The notes beneath the pieces were generated by a model. It was given only the letters and a program-made list of their open reading frames with translations. It was not told where the DNA came from and ran no database searches. Below are positions 46,428-55,931 of a DNA stretch of 64,000 nucleotides, piece by piece. How positions within the stretch are numbered: position 1 is the stretch's first letter; every line of letters starts with the position of its first letter. The DNA is from a virus (taxonomy: Duplodnaviria > Caudoviricetes), in IMG/VR virus record IMGVR_UViG_3300028844_004840, positions 1-64,000 of that record; one strand, given 5' to 3'. Both the position numbers and the translations under genes were made by a program.

Positions 46428-47813
46428 ATGTATAAAATGGTTCTAATCACTGATCCAGATGGTCTAAACCAAGCCGTTGAGGTGGATTTTGATCCAGTTT
46501 TAAAGACCATAACTCTGAATATTGCCGGAAACCTATCGGCAGACGGTGTCACACTAAAAACGCTATACTCGTTCACCAAAGAGGAATGGCGTACTGATAT
46601 TGATTTAATTAAGTATGAGTTCCCTTTTACACCGATTACTGACGAATTTTTTGAGCTAAAGGACGGTTGGGACTTCGCTTCGGCTACGTCTGAAAACTTG
46701 ATTCGACGTTCGGGGTGGCTCGTACGCGACGGATCCAATAATGTTGTAAAGCATTTCTGTGGTGTAGCGATTCTTGGTGCCGAAAATGATGATCAGATTT
46801 ACTATCAATTAGACGGAGACGAGTCTCCCTCTGATTTTGTATTCCTAGGAAATACCGCAGAAGCTGTTCAGATTATCGATGACCCCGATGGAGACGGCAC
46901 ATACGCAGACGGATTCAATAAGTCTTCTAGTATTAATGTTTTCAACCGTGAGCAGGGGCAATTATATTCCTCCGGATCCACGACCGCTAACGGTGAAGCC
47001 AGTTTACTCGCGCCTAAACTGTTCTCGCTAACACTGAATACCGGGACCGATCTAAAAGTTTCATCGAGCGACTCTGCCATCGATACTACGGCACCGTACA
47101 CAGGAATGTCGATAACGTACTACGCCACGCCGCAGTCACGCACAATCGGCGCGGCAGGACGCGATTTTGGAATTATAATTGACGGCAATAACGGCACTGC
47201 TGAACAAATTTATGAATACGTACAAAGACAACTGCGCTTAGCAACAGATATTGATGCTGATTCTACTTCTCAAATCGGTAAACTTTCTGATGAACTTCTA
47301 CTCTTCGTGGGGGATAATCTTGAAACACTGAGTTCTACCAACCCTGACGGGGGCGGTACAGGTGTGTATATTGATAATTTCCAAGCGGCAGACACCAACC
47401 GAATCTCTTTCCGAGATAATGCCCAAACGTCCCGCGCATTCCCGTTTGTTTCTGTGGTAACTCTGTCGTTCAGCCAGACTTTGGAGAAAGACACGGATGC
47501 TATTTATCGTGTGTTTTTCACGAACGCTAACGGCAATAATTTTGGAGATTCCGATGCTATTCTCGTTGAGGATAATGGCGGAAGTGTTGTTTCAGGCAGC
47601 ATTTCGGGGGTCCCTTCGATTCAATTCGACTTTGATTACGACGGAAATGTACAAGGCGGGCGTACACCAGCAACTGACGCGGATATCACTGTGGTGGCAC
47701 TCGGCTTAGACACTGGGCAGTATGTTGTGGCTACCGGAACCATTGCACGATCAACCGCTAACAGTGTTTCTCTTGTTGCACCGACTGAGCGTCAATATGA
47801 AAATGCCGTCTGA
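46428..47813 (+). CDS. putative fibre/filament structural protein
   Basis: LYSFTKEEW...FP...GW domain; FDFDYDGNVQGGRT. Confidence 0.75.
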   Translation: MYKMVLITDPDGLNQAVEVDFDPVLKTITLNIAGNLSADGVTLKTLYSFTKEEWRTDIDLIKYEFPFTPITDEFFELKDGWDFASATSENLIRRSGWLVRDGSNNVVKHFCGVAILGAENDDQIYYQLDGDESPSDFVFLGNTAEAVQIIDDPDGDGTYADGFNKSSSINVFNREQGQLYSSGSTTANGEASLLAPKLFSLTLNTGTDLKVSSSDSAIDTTAPYTGMSITYYATPQSRTIGAAGRDFGIIIDGNNGTAEQIYEYVQRQLRLATDIDADSTSQIGKLSDELLLFVGDNLETLSSTNPDGGGTGVYIDNFQAADTNRISFRDNAQTSRAFPFVSVVTLSFSQTLEKDTDAIYRVFFTNANGNNFGDSDAILVEDNGGSVVSGSISGVPSIQFDFDYDGNVQGGRTPATDADITVVALGLDTGQYVVATGTIARSTANSVSLVAPTERQYENAV

Positions 47814-47862
47814 TAAACTTACTTGGTAGGCGCTATCCTACCCCGACAGGCGGAGGATACCC

Positions 47863-49116
47863 ATGGCATATCGCGACGATATAATTGGTCTAGGGGCAAA
47901 CCATCTATTCCCTTTTGATGGTGATGCAACAGACCTTGTAGGAAATTTATCTACAACCCCCGTAGGAATAACTTACGGGGGTCCTTCCATATGCGAAGAC
48001 GCCTCCCAGAGTTTACTGATCAGCTCCGTGACTAATAGACTAACCTTAGATGCCACACCCAATATAGAAGATGCAAATCAGCGTTTCGCGGTAGCAGGAT
48101 GGTTTATGGTGGATTCCATTCAACTCCCTCCCAAGAGTATGTACGCAGATGGTGGGTCATTAAATTCGATGAAGATAATATTCGGATTCGGCAACAATTT
48201 AATGCTTGAAGTGCTCAGCTCCTCTGCCCAAAATCCGTTTCTAGTACAGGTGTACGGGCCGATTCTCCAGCCCAATAGAATTTATCACATATGCGCGGTG
48301 TTTGAAGGACCTGCCTATGGCAACGAAGCGCGCTTATACGTGGATGGAGTGAAGTATACACAGGCAAGCCCCGTCGGAGGCGCACCTAACGACGTACTAG
48401 CCGCTGGACGCGATACAGGAGTATTCGGGGTTCCAATCACGTCCGAAATAGGAAACGACAGCGTGGTACAAAACGCTGCGGTGGATTCTAGATTAGGTTT
48501 CTGGGCATTCTGGGGAAACAACAGCTCCGCAGCACTGACTGACCAACAAGTACGCCGCGATCTTTTCGAAAAAGGGGCACCACCTAGTATCACAATCGAA
48601 TCGAATACGCAAGAAAGTATGCAGGCAACTTTAAATACACTTGCTAACACAGTACGCCCCGATCAACCACTAAACATACGTGTTGAACCCGTTCTAGGTG
48701 GCGGGGATTTCCAGCTAGTTGCTGATAATATAAGACACGACGCACTGGCGAGCACGCACCTACAGTACACAGGCACGGACACACTTACATGGATCAATGA
48801 TAATGGAAGCAACACATCGATAGTAAGTGTACCCAATTTGGGTGCTGTGGATATAATTACGCCTGCTACGCTAACCATTTCCTCCCTGATTCCAGATACA
48901 GAAATACGAATTCTAGTGTCAGGGACAACTGATGAAATTGTCGGGGTAGAAAGTTCTGGAACATCCTTTCAAGTTATGCTACAAGCAAGTGTTGTGGATG
49001 TAGTTATACATAAAGAAGACTACGAAAATCTTTTTATAAAAAATGTATCCATGATGGACGGAAACGTCGAATTATCGATTGATCAGATATTTGATAGACA
49101 GTACGGGAGTGGATAA
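47863..49116 (+). CDS. LamG/ConA-domain virion protein
   Basis: F.VAGWF...YHI..VF...LYVDGV. Confidence 0.75.
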   Translation: MAYRDDIIGLGANHLFPFDGDATDLVGNLSTTPVGITYGGPSICEDASQSLLISSVTNRLTLDATPNIEDANQRFAVAGWFMVDSIQLPPKSMYADGGSLNSMKIIFGFGNNLMLEVLSSSAQNPFLVQVYGPILQPNRIYHICAVFEGPAYGNEARLYVDGVKYTQASPVGGAPNDVLAAGRDTGVFGVPITSEIGNDSVVQNAAVDSRLGFWAFWGNNSSAALTDQQVRRDLFEKGAPPSITIESNTQESMQATLNTLANTVRPDQPLNIRVEPVLGGGDFQLVADNIRHDALASTHLQYTGTDTLTWINDNGSNTSIVSVPNLGAVDIITPATLTISSLIPDTEIRILVSGTTDEIVGVESSGTSFQVMLQASVVDVVIHKEDYENLFIKNVSMMDGNVELSIDQIFDRQYGSG

Positions 49117-51777
49117 ATGGGTGTAATTAAAGTTGAGTCTTTTGACGTTTCCCCCACAAACGACGGAGACATGCACACACTGACCAACGACGTGGGAAAC
49201 CTGTCGAGCGCGTTCGTAAAAATAAACGGGGCGTCTGATAAAGGTTCAGGACGTGTTGGGAACACAGGCAACATTGGGCCAAGAGACACCCATATGGGCG
49301 CACGGCTCACTGGTACAGGCGAGGTAACGTTCCATAAAGGCGGAACGCTACAGATGCGTAAAATGGGAGAAGTGTGGCGCTATACGGGGCTTCCGGGTGG
49401 CCCCGACGAATTTATTGTGCGCGGACATCTTGTAGTTACCCTGCCCGCAGGAACCTCTTCTGGCAGCGCACCTGTGCCTTCCCTGATCAATAAAAACGAC
49501 GTGGTGCCATTTCTAACGGGGCTTAGTTCTACGTCAACAAGTGTGTCCGACTTCGACGCTGCCACAGTTGCCACGCACATAGACACTAATGGGGACTTAG
49601 TTGTGAGTCGCCGATCCACTGGTATCGCAATTACGGTATATGTGTCGGTAGTGGAGTTCACTGGAACAAATTGGACCATTGGTCACGCTATCTCGGCTAA
49701 CCACGACACCGCACAAGAGATTGTAGAAATAAATAGTGATAGCACCGGAACGGGTGGGACAGCATTCAGTGTCGGCGATTGGGAACACGCCTTCATAGAG
49801 GGATCTATGCAGGGAGACACCAGTGAAACAGGTCTCTCCGATAATCTAATTGTCATGGAACCTGGAGGGACACCAACACAAATACGCTTCTTCCTACACC
49901 AAGACGCTAATGCGCGCAACGACGGCGTGGCGTACGCACATGTTTTAAGTAATCCAGCTATCTCCGTAGCACGTGAATCTGATACTGATTTCGCGGAGAC
50001 CAATGGTACCGTTGGAACCATGGGTTTTCCATCGGGGGCACCGACGAACACCCCTATAGATGAGTTGTCTTTGGAATGGTTTTCGGATACGAGCGGCGTA
50101 GGAACGGCGCACGCCCGTGGACGCGTAATAGCTAGAATCACAGATTCCTCCGGAACAATCGAGCACTGGGTACATCGAACCGGAAATACTGTATCTGTTT
50201 ACTGGGGTGTGATAGATTTATCCAACGTTATAGGCGTGGCGCGTCCTGTGATCGACTCCACTAATGATGTTGTCTACGACGGCGGCTCCAATATCACGGT
50301 CACTGGAAGCAACTATCAAACTGTACAAGGTTCAGGAAAACTTGAAATATGGGGGGATCTGGAGGGCACGCTGCGCGTAGAGCAGGCCGTGACTACGTGG
50401 ACTGACGTTTCCATATCGTACAATTTTGTTAGAGGGGGGCTACCGGACGGTGTCGGATATTTGGTAGTGACCAATGCAGACAGCGTCGCGAGCGCCCTGT
50501 TCATTATAGATGTAGGGTTTCCGGACTATCTAACCGTTGTAAACCGCGTGAACCCCGATCACATGTGGGTTTTGGACGGGAACTACGATGATACGGGATC
50601 CTTTCCCACCTCTCCGATGACAAGTAGTGTAACAGGAACACAAAATTTTATCAACGATCCGCTGTGTGAGAATGTTGTACAAACGGTACAGTTCACTGGA
50701 ATCAATTCGAAGAGAGAAGCCGCCGACAACACTGAAATGAACTTAGGAGTGCACACTGCACGCACTATGTGGGGGTGGATTAAAGTTTCTGACATACAGG
50801 AACAGCTTTCTCTAATTTATAAAGAAGGCGGCACCATAAACAATATTATGTTTGCACGTGGTTATGGCAACAAAATTATGGCACAACTGGCAGACACTGG
50901 AGATGACAACGTACAAGCGTATTCTGATAGATCAATAATTCCCGAACGAGCGTACTTAATAGCATTTCGATACGACTATAGCGACACAACCCCCGCATTC
51001 GAATTTTGGATTGATGGAATATTGCAATCACGTTCTACCGGAAACCCGCTAACGGCTTCGTCGCTAGATTCCCACTCAGGGGATATCTTGTGGAATGACA
51101 GCGATTCCAGTCTTGAAGTAGGGGGAACCGACGTCACGTTTCGCGGAAACAATGACATTAAATACAATGTATGGGGATCCACAACTGTTAAATTGACAGA
51201 CGAACAGATGCGTTTTGAATTATTTGAGTATGGCGCGTTGCCCGATTTCAGTATAACGTCAGATACGCCAGCAAACATGCAGGCGCAACTGGATTCTATA
51301 GCCAACACGCACCGCGCGGACAGCCCCTTAGCTATTCGCGTGGAGAAACCTGTTGGAACCACGGATATGACGCTAATCGCTAATAATATTACATTTGATC
51401 CACACTGTTCTATAGACGTCCAATGGGCAGGGACCGGAACGCTGTCATGGATAAATCTGAACGGATCGAATACGGAAAAAACCTCTGAAAAATTTGGGGG
51501 AAATATGATCATTGTCAATCCAGCCACGCTAACTCTTACTGGATTGCAAAATCCAACAGAAGTACGTATATATGATACGGGAACCACTACCGAAGTTGCT
51601 GGACAAGAGGATGTAACATCTGGTACATTCTCTACAGACATACTAGTAGAGGCTGTTGACGTGGTGATACATTCTCTAGGATTTCAGTATAAACGTCTAA
51701 CAAATATAAATACTTCTGGAGGAGACGTCAATCTTCCGATACAGCAACGCATCGACCGACAGTATCTTAACGCATAG
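49117..51777 (+). CDS. large LamG/IPT-domain virion protein
   Basis: C-terminal part paralogous to 47863..49116. Confidence 0.75.
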   Translation: MGVIKVESFDVSPTNDGDMHTLTNDVGNLSSAFVKINGASDKGSGRVGNTGNIGPRDTHMGARLTGTGEVTFHKGGTLQMRKMGEVWRYTGLPGGPDEFIVRGHLVVTLPAGTSSGSAPVPSLINKNDVVPFLTGLSSTSTSVSDFDAATVATHIDTNGDLVVSRRSTGIAITVYVSVVEFTGTNWTIGHAISANHDTAQEIVEINSDSTGTGGTAFSVGDWEHAFIEGSMQGDTSETGLSDNLIVMEPGGTPTQIRFFLHQDANARNDGVAYAHVLSNPAISVARESDTDFAETNGTVGTMGFPSGAPTNTPIDELSLEWFSDTSGVGTAHARGRVIARITDSSGTIEHWVHRTGNTVSVYWGVIDLSNVIGVARPVIDSTNDVVYDGGSNITVTGSNYQTVQGSGKLEIWGDLEGTLRVEQAVTTWTDVSISYNFVRGGLPDGVGYLVVTNADSVASALFIIDVGFPDYLTVVNRVNPDHMWVLDGNYDDTGSFPTSPMTSSVTGTQNFINDPLCENVVQTVQFTGINSKREAADNTEMNLGVHTARTMWGWIKVSDIQEQLSLIYKEGGTINNIMFARGYGNKIMAQLADTGDDNVQAYSDRSIIPERAYLIAFRYDYSDTTPAFEFWIDGILQSRSTGNPLTASSLDSHSGDILWNDSDSSLEVGGTDVTFRGNNDIKYNVWGSTTVKLTDEQMRFELFEYGALPDFSITSDTPANMQAQLDSIANTHRADSPLAIRVEKPVGTTDMTLIANNITFDPHCSIDVQWAGTGTLSWINLNGSNTEKTSEKFGGNMIIVNPATLTLTGLQNPTEVRIYDTGTTTEVAGQEDVTSGTFSTDILVEAVDVVIHSLGFQYKRLTNINTSGGDVNLPIQQRIDRQYLNA

Positions 51778-51788
51778 GAGGTTAGGAC

Positions 51789-52262
51789 ATGACCGACTTC
51801 CTTTTTAATGGGGTCACTAAATTAATAACAGAACCTTCGGGCGCTGGGGATAGTTTATTCACCGTGAAGCGTGACGTGTATTCTGCGTGGAAACGCTGGG
51901 TACAGCGTGGGGATGGTGCTCCTTTTCTGCGTCCATTCGATCTGGAGGGCGGGAGACCTATTGGGACTACTGGGTTATTTACGGGGGTAACATATATTTT
52001 AATAAATGGGTGGAAAATACGCGGCGCGGATCGCGATCACCAATTATTTTTAGACGGAAATATATATGCAGAAGACGGCAAAGTAACTTCGCCTAACCCA
52101 AATTTCAACGTAGAAGTTTTCATAAACTCTTCCACACAAGCACAAGGCATCAGTACTACAGGCACACAAGGTGGGTTCACGGAAAACGACCGAACTGATT
52201 TACAACTGACAAGAGACCACGCACGTGCCGCAAATCAGCAAACTAAAATGGAAAATCCGTAA
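51789..52262 (+). CDS. putative virion protein
   Basis: VYSAWKRW...GG.P...LINGWKI. Confidence 0.75.
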   Translation: MTDFLFNGVTKLITEPSGAGDSLFTVKRDVYSAWKRWVQRGDGAPFLRPFDLEGGRPIGTTGLFTGVTYILINGWKIRGADRDHQLFLDGNIYAEDGKVTSPNPNFNVEVFINSSTQAQGISTTGTQGGFTENDRTDLQLTRDHARAANQQTKMENP

Positions 52263-52334
52263 CCGTGGTATATCGACAAAATAGCGTCGTCGTGATATAA
52301 GTATCCCACCAAGCGGTTAGCGGGAGAATATGAA

Positions 52335-52583
52335 ATGTATAAAAAAGTTTACGCGCCAGACGGTTCGATGTTTGAGGTACCTCAGCACGTTTTTGAGGAT
52401 GTCATCCTTAATCTCGGTTGGACGCAAACAAAACCTGACGACAAACCTGTGGATAAACCCTCAGATAGTTATGTAGGTAAACTGCCTGATGAAACGGTAC
52501 GTTCTCCTAAAAAATCTGAAAAATCTGCACGACGTGGCTCCACAAAAGTATCTAAAAGTACTTCAAAGAAAACAACAGATTAA
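52335..52583 (+). CDS. hypothetical protein, similar to 44261..44587 N-terminus
   Basis: VYAPDGSMFEV...D.I...GW. Confidence 0.7.
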   Translation: MYKKVYAPDGSMFEVPQHVFEDVILNLGWTQTKPDDKPVDKPSDSYVGKLPDETVRSPKKSEKSARRGSTKVSKSTSKKTTD

Positions 52584-52585
52584 AC

Positions 52586-53029
52586 GTGACGGGAAACAGT
52601 CTTATGGGCCTTTTCACAGGAAGTAAAAATGAAAACTCCGGTGAAGCGGTAGGTGTAGCTCTGATGCTGGGCGAGATTCGCGATTTACGCGGAACAATAG
52701 ATAAACACGACGAACGTCTTCGCGGCGAAATTGGGGGAGTGAAGCAATCTGTTTCTGACCTATCCCAAGCCGTACTTAGATCGCAAGGAGACGTAGGGGC
52801 CATCCGCACAGATATTGACCGTATGTCAGATAATTTTGATTCTATGCAGAAGGATTTGACAGGAGTACAATCCGAAGTCAATGAATTAAAGAACGCCCGT
52901 GACATCGATGATGCCGGATGGGTAGGCCCCAAGAAATTGGCACGCAGCGTAATTCTAGTAGGAAGTTTTCTAGCCGCTGTGGCTATTCTAGTAAAGTTTG
53001 GCCCCGGAATATGGGCAGCTTTTATATAA
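52586..53029 (+). CDS. coiled-coil protein with C-terminal TM helix
   Basis: Heptad pattern and hydrophobic end. Confidence 0.7.
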   Translation: MTGNSLMGLFTGSKNENSGEAVGVALMLGEIRDLRGTIDKHDERLRGEIGGVKQSVSDLSQAVLRSQGDVGAIRTDIDRMSDNFDSMQKDLTGVQSEVNELKNARDIDDAGWVGPKKLARSVILVGSFLAAVAILVKFGPGIWAAFI

Positions 53030-53117
53030 CGATATACACATATGGGGAGTAAAAACACACGTTCGCGTGAACAATGAATGACGCCTAATACCTTTTACCA
53101 CGTCGGAGAAATATCGT

Positions 53118-53930
53118 ATGAACGAGACCAAGCAATCCGAGATGTTCGAAATTAGTGCGAAAGCACAACGCCGCCATGCACGTAAAGCCGAAAAAGAAAT
53201 GAAGCAGGCCAAGCGAAATCCCAAGCCAATTGAAGCGCGTAATACACGCCAGCAGTTTTATATTGATAGCCTACACAACAATGAACTAACATTTGGAGTA
53301 GGGCCAGCGGGTGTAGGAAAAACATACGTACCAGCGCGTATATATGGAGCCATGCTTGCTTCTGGAGAAATAACTAAGTTGTATGTCGCGCGTCCAAACG
53401 TCGCTAAAAAACAACATCAAAATGGATTTCTACCCGGAACGTTAGAAGAAAAAACCGCACCGTGGCTCGTCCCGATATTTGAAGGCATCAAAGACAGTAT
53501 GAGTCCTGCCGAATTTGAGCGCCTAAAACGTGAGAAAAGAATAGAAGAAGTACCGTACGAGTACATCCAAGGACGCACATTTAAGAATGCGGCGTGCATC
53601 ATTGATGAAGCTGAAAATCTGGATCTAGATGATCTGTATATCACATTGACTCGCCAAGGTGAAGGCCTAAGTATGGTTCTATGCGGCGATATCTACCAAT
53701 CGCGCATCCCTAATAGCGGTTTGAAAACTGTTGTAGATATGGCACAGTCCTCTCATATGGAATCTATCGGAATTATTGAATTCCAAGACGAGGACGTGGT
53801 TCGCTCACGCCAAGCGCGTCAGTGGGCAAAGGCATTCCGAGACCACCACTCCTTGAAAAATGCACCGGATTATGATAGTGACCAAGGGGTATTAGACTTG
53901 CCCGATTTCATAACCAAGGATAAAATTTAA
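53118..53930 (+). CDS. phoH: PhoH-like ATPase
   Basis: GPAGVGKT, GFLPGTLEEK, GRTF, IIDEAEN, LTR.G, GD..Q, DVVRS. Confidence 0.93.
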   Translation: MNETKQSEMFEISAKAQRRHARKAEKEMKQAKRNPKPIEARNTRQQFYIDSLHNNELTFGVGPAGVGKTYVPARIYGAMLASGEITKLYVARPNVAKKQHQNGFLPGTLEEKTAPWLVPIFEGIKDSMSPAEFERLKREKRIEEVPYEYIQGRTFKNAACIIDEAENLDLDDLYITLTRQGEGLSMVLCGDIYQSRIPNSGLKTVVDMAQSSHMESIGIIEFQDEDVVRSRQARQWAKAFRDHHSLKNAPDYDSDQGVLDLPDFITKDKI

Positions 53931-54448
53931 TGGCTTTCGTTTTCACAGTAGAGACAGGCGCAGGGACAGACCCTCTAGCCAACTCTTATGTCTCCGTTGT
54001 GGAAGCGGACGACATCATTACAACAAACATCCATGCAGCGCTTGAATGGGACATGTTGGCGGTAGAACAAAAAGAGAGATTACTGGTATGGGCATCTCGA
54101 TATCTCGATGAGCACACCACGTGGAAAGGCGAGAAAACCATTTCTACAAGTCCACGCCGCTGGCCCCGTTCAGGAGTATGCGACCGCGATAACACCCATA
54201 TTGGACCTAATGAAATCCCTGTCCAATTGAAAGTGGCCACCGCCGAAATGGCTCGATATTTAGTGGCGCAAGATCGTACTGTTGAACGCGATAGTGATGG
54301 ACTCGAACGTGTCAAAGCAGACGTTGTAGAAATCGAGTTCCTTCCGGGCTACCGCCTCCCATCTGTACCATCCAATATGCAGTATCTTGTACAAGGTCTT
54401 GGAGCCATTTTTGGTGGCGGATTTCGCTATGGAAAGGTGACACGTTAG
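53930..54448 (+). CDS. head-tail adaptor (DnaT-like family)
   Basis: ANSYVSV.EAD...WKG...WPR...IP..LK.A.AEMA. Confidence 0.85.
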   Translation: MAFVFTVETGAGTDPLANSYVSVVEADDIITTNIHAALEWDMLAVEQKERLLVWASRYLDEHTTWKGEKTISTSPRRWPRSGVCDRDNTHIGPNEIPVQLKVATAEMARYLVAQDRTVERDSDGLERVKADVVEIEFLPGYRLPSVPSNMQYLVQGLGAIFGGGFRYGKVTR

Positions 54449-54852
54449 TGGGCTTTAAATCTCTTCTTGATAATCAGGTGCAAGGTCTAATGAAGACCCT
54501 AGGCCAAGCCGATGGCCTAGCACCGAATCATACGTACAATCAGGTCACCGCTAACGCGTATGACCCTGCAACAATGACTAATGCTGCAACCGAAGTTCCC
54601 TATACTGATGTTCCAATGGTTATGGCAAGATTTAAAATTGAAGAAATAGACGGGGAAAAAGTTGTCGCCACCGATTTAAAGGCAATCATTGCCTCTCTTG
54701 ATTTGGCTGTACAACCTTCTGAGCAAGATATTATTGTCATACAAACTGCAGGTACTGTAGCCGGACCTGTCGGAACCCGCTATCAGGTAGAAAAAGTAAT
54801 GGGAGTTCCGGGCAACAGTGTGCACATTCTTCAAATTAGAAAGACTACGTAA
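54448..54852 (+). CDS. head closure protein
   Basis: YDPAT..., LQIRK; gene order. Confidence 0.75.
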   Translation: MGFKSLLDNQVQGLMKTLGQADGLAPNHTYNQVTANAYDPATMTNAATEVPYTDVPMVMARFKIEEIDGEKVVATDLKAIIASLDLAVQPSEQDIIVIQTAGTVAGPVGTRYQVEKVMGVPGNSVHILQIRKTT

Positions 54853-55337
54853 TGCCGCGCGGGAGTACTGTAATAAACGCTGTTGGCTTCAATAGTAGCC
54901 TTGATCGCACAATCACCCGCTTAGAAAAGAAGTGGATGAAACGTAACCAGACATTGGTTAACACGGCGATGAAGAAGTTGATAGCACGTACACCCGTACA
55001 TACAGGGCAGACCGTACGCAATTACATCGCCTCGAACGGTAACCCCGCCTCCGGCGGTGTTATAGCAGGTGAAGCTCCTGTTGAGCGCACAAACTCAAAG
55101 TCTCTAGGAACTGAGCGCCTGCGTGGAGGGGCGGAAGCACAGGCTTTAGCAACTCTCGCAACCGTGGATTTTTCAGATCCATACGATACATTCTTTATAA
55201 CTAACAGATCCCCCGCCGTAGGCGGGTTGGAGATTGGGGCATTACCCAAAGAGCCGTTCACGCCTAGATCCCCCGCAGGTATGTTTGGAATAACGCTGCA
55301 GGATATATCAGCTATCGCAGACCGAGGAATATTTTAA
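54852..55337 (+). CDS. tail completion protein (HK97 gp10-like)
   Basis: TPVHTG..RN...N...LE.G...P.GM. Confidence 0.8.
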   Translation: MPRGSTVINAVGFNSSLDRTITRLEKKWMKRNQTLVNTAMKKLIARTPVHTGQTVRNYIASNGNPASGGVIAGEAPVERTNSKSLGTERLRGGAEAQALATLATVDFSDPYDTFFITNRSPAVGGLEIGALPKEPFTPRSPAGMFGITLQDISAIADRGIF

Positions 55338-55750
55338 TGACACCTGATATGGTATCAGACGCCCAAGTTCTTTTTTCAACACGACTACATGAACTGTATC
55401 CGGATATGCCCGTGTTTTTCTCGAATACAGATGTAACCGACCAGATCGGATATTATGCGGTGTTTCACGTTTTACCGGGGGATACGCTGCCGATAAATCT
55501 AGGCATAACCGCGAAATCTCGTAACGTTGGTTTGATTCAGATTGATGTTATTGGTCCGTTAGACGTGGGCCGTGGAGAAGCTTTTAAACGCGCGTTTTCC
55601 CTTGGTAAGGTATTTCGCCGCCAAGTACGTACCGTAACCACTGAGGGACAGGTTACTTACAAAGATCCGAGCGTTGCAGACGCGGGGGAAGTTCGCGGAA
55701 AGCACATGGAGATGGTGCGAATTCCGTATAGATACGACTTTGTGGGTTGA
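55337..55750 (+). CDS. tail terminator protein
   Basis: G.IQIDV..P...G; gene order. Confidence 0.75.
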   Translation: MTPDMVSDAQVLFSTRLHELYPDMPVFFSNTDVTDQIGYYAVFHVLPGDTLPINLGITAKSRNVGLIQIDVIGPLDVGRGEAFKRAFSLGKVFRRQVRTVTTEGQVTYKDPSVADAGEVRGKHMEMVRIPYRYDFVG

Positions 55751-55931
55751 CAGTATCCCCGTTGTCAGCTATTCTGGCCCGTTACTCCGACCAATCTTGA
55801 CTTTCATGTAGATATTGGGTAGTCTCCCCAGTACGTAGAGAACGCTCAGCGCACTCTATCTGATCAGATTTAGAACGTAGGGGTGGCACGGCTACCCTCC
55901 TATACCCGCCCATTATAAGGAGGCATGCATA

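Noticed and set aside
53118-53930. phoH inside the structural region as a novelty
   Set aside because: phoH is common in large phages; position alone is not informative.
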